From the sequence record JN849462.1: a stretch of DNA of 64,000 nucleotides; one strand, given 5' to 3'. Positions 63,723-64,000 of the stretch are shown piece after piece. The notes beneath the pieces are model-generated. The model ran no database searches and was not told the origin of the DNA. It worked only from the letters and a program-made list of their open reading frames with translations. Made by a program: the position numbers and the translations under genes. Numbering within the stretch: the stretch's first letter is position 1; every line of letters starts with the position of its first letter.

Positions 63723-63784
63723 TTGACTGTATTACTTATTTAGGTTAATATCTCTCTCATCGAAACGAAAGAGAGAACATTATG
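63723..63784 (+). promoter_or_regulatory. Class A early promoter (+) overlapping late promoter CCTAAATA (-, 63737-63744)
   Basis: TTGACT 63723, TAATAT 63747, catcgaaacgaaagagagaacattATG. Confidence 0.65.
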
Positions 63785-64000
63785 ACTAATGCAGCACGCA
63801 AATATGTATACGACATCTTCCATGATGAGCTTCAAAAGCCGGTTGTGAATCTAGACGTATTTAAAATCAAGGGTTCAGATGGTAAGCCAGTGATTAACTA
63901 TCTATCGAACCCGCACCTACGCAAACAACGCTTTATTATGTTCGTGAATAAACGACATGACAACAAGTACGGACGTTCTCTTTGGTCGCATGATATTCGT
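63782..64000 (+). CDS. Early hypothetical protein, truncated by window end
   Basis: MTNAARKYVYDIF... open to the end of the window. Confidence 0.6.
   Translation, partial: MTNAARKYVYDIFHDELQKPVVNLDVFKIKGSDGKPVINYLSNPHLRKQRFIMFVNKRHDNKYGRSLWSHDIR

Noticed and set aside
209-63726. Many minus-strand and alternate-frame ORFs in the track (e.g. 3872, 5183, 24611, 44216, 46366)
   Set aside because: They lie antisense or out of frame within well-supported genes and lack RBS, promoters or recognisable motifs; they are typical shadows of biased codon usage
1-64000. CRISPR array, tRNA or rRNA genes
   Set aside because: No regularly spaced repeat-spacer units or cloverleaf/T-loop signatures seen by eye; coding density leaves little room. 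A tRNAscan/Infernal run was not possible
1-64000. Cytosine hydroxymethylation/glucosylation genes (42, agt, bgt, 56)
   Set aside because: None recognised in this window and a trimeric dUTPase is present instead of a dCTPase; absence from the whole genome cannot be concluded from one window

Overview
The window is the DNA replication, recombination and nucleotide-metabolism arm of a large T4-like (Straboviridae-type) myophage. The gene set and order (rnh-dsbA-33-59-32-frd-ClpP-like-uvsX-40-41-nrdD...61-dut-dexA...td...sir2-39/60...30...24-like-55...47-46-45-44-62-regA-43-rnlA-spanins-pseT) most resemble what I recall of KVP40-type Vibrio phages; this is an inference and no search was run. About 105 CDSs are present, only three of them on the minus strand. 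I found no tRNA, rRNA, CRISPR array, group I intron or intein. Three promoter grammars are visible: (A) terminator-fused sigma70 hairpin cassettes with a shared leader in front of small hypothetical genes; (B) GTTTA(A/G)-N17-TAnnAT promoters, several in front of replisome genes; (C) gp55-type NNTAAATA late promoters. The most notable pattern is a dispersed set of about 8 late-promoter-driven genes whose N-termini resemble the T4 capsid-targeting sequence plus gp21 cleavage site. They are a candidate injected effector set: an Alt-like ADP-ribosyltransferase, a SAM methyltransferase, an HExxH protease, an acidic HEAT-like repeat protein, a degenerate P-loop protein and a possible DNA mimic. Other highlights are a phage-encoded type IV prepilin mimic, hairpin-gated late expression of a PD-(D/E)XK-like nuclease and of the spanins, a UvsW.1/nucleotidyltransferase-like fusion, a hendecad-extended gp46 and a 5x9-bp iteron-like array. 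All family calls come from motif recognition and memory of T4 proteins, not from database searches.
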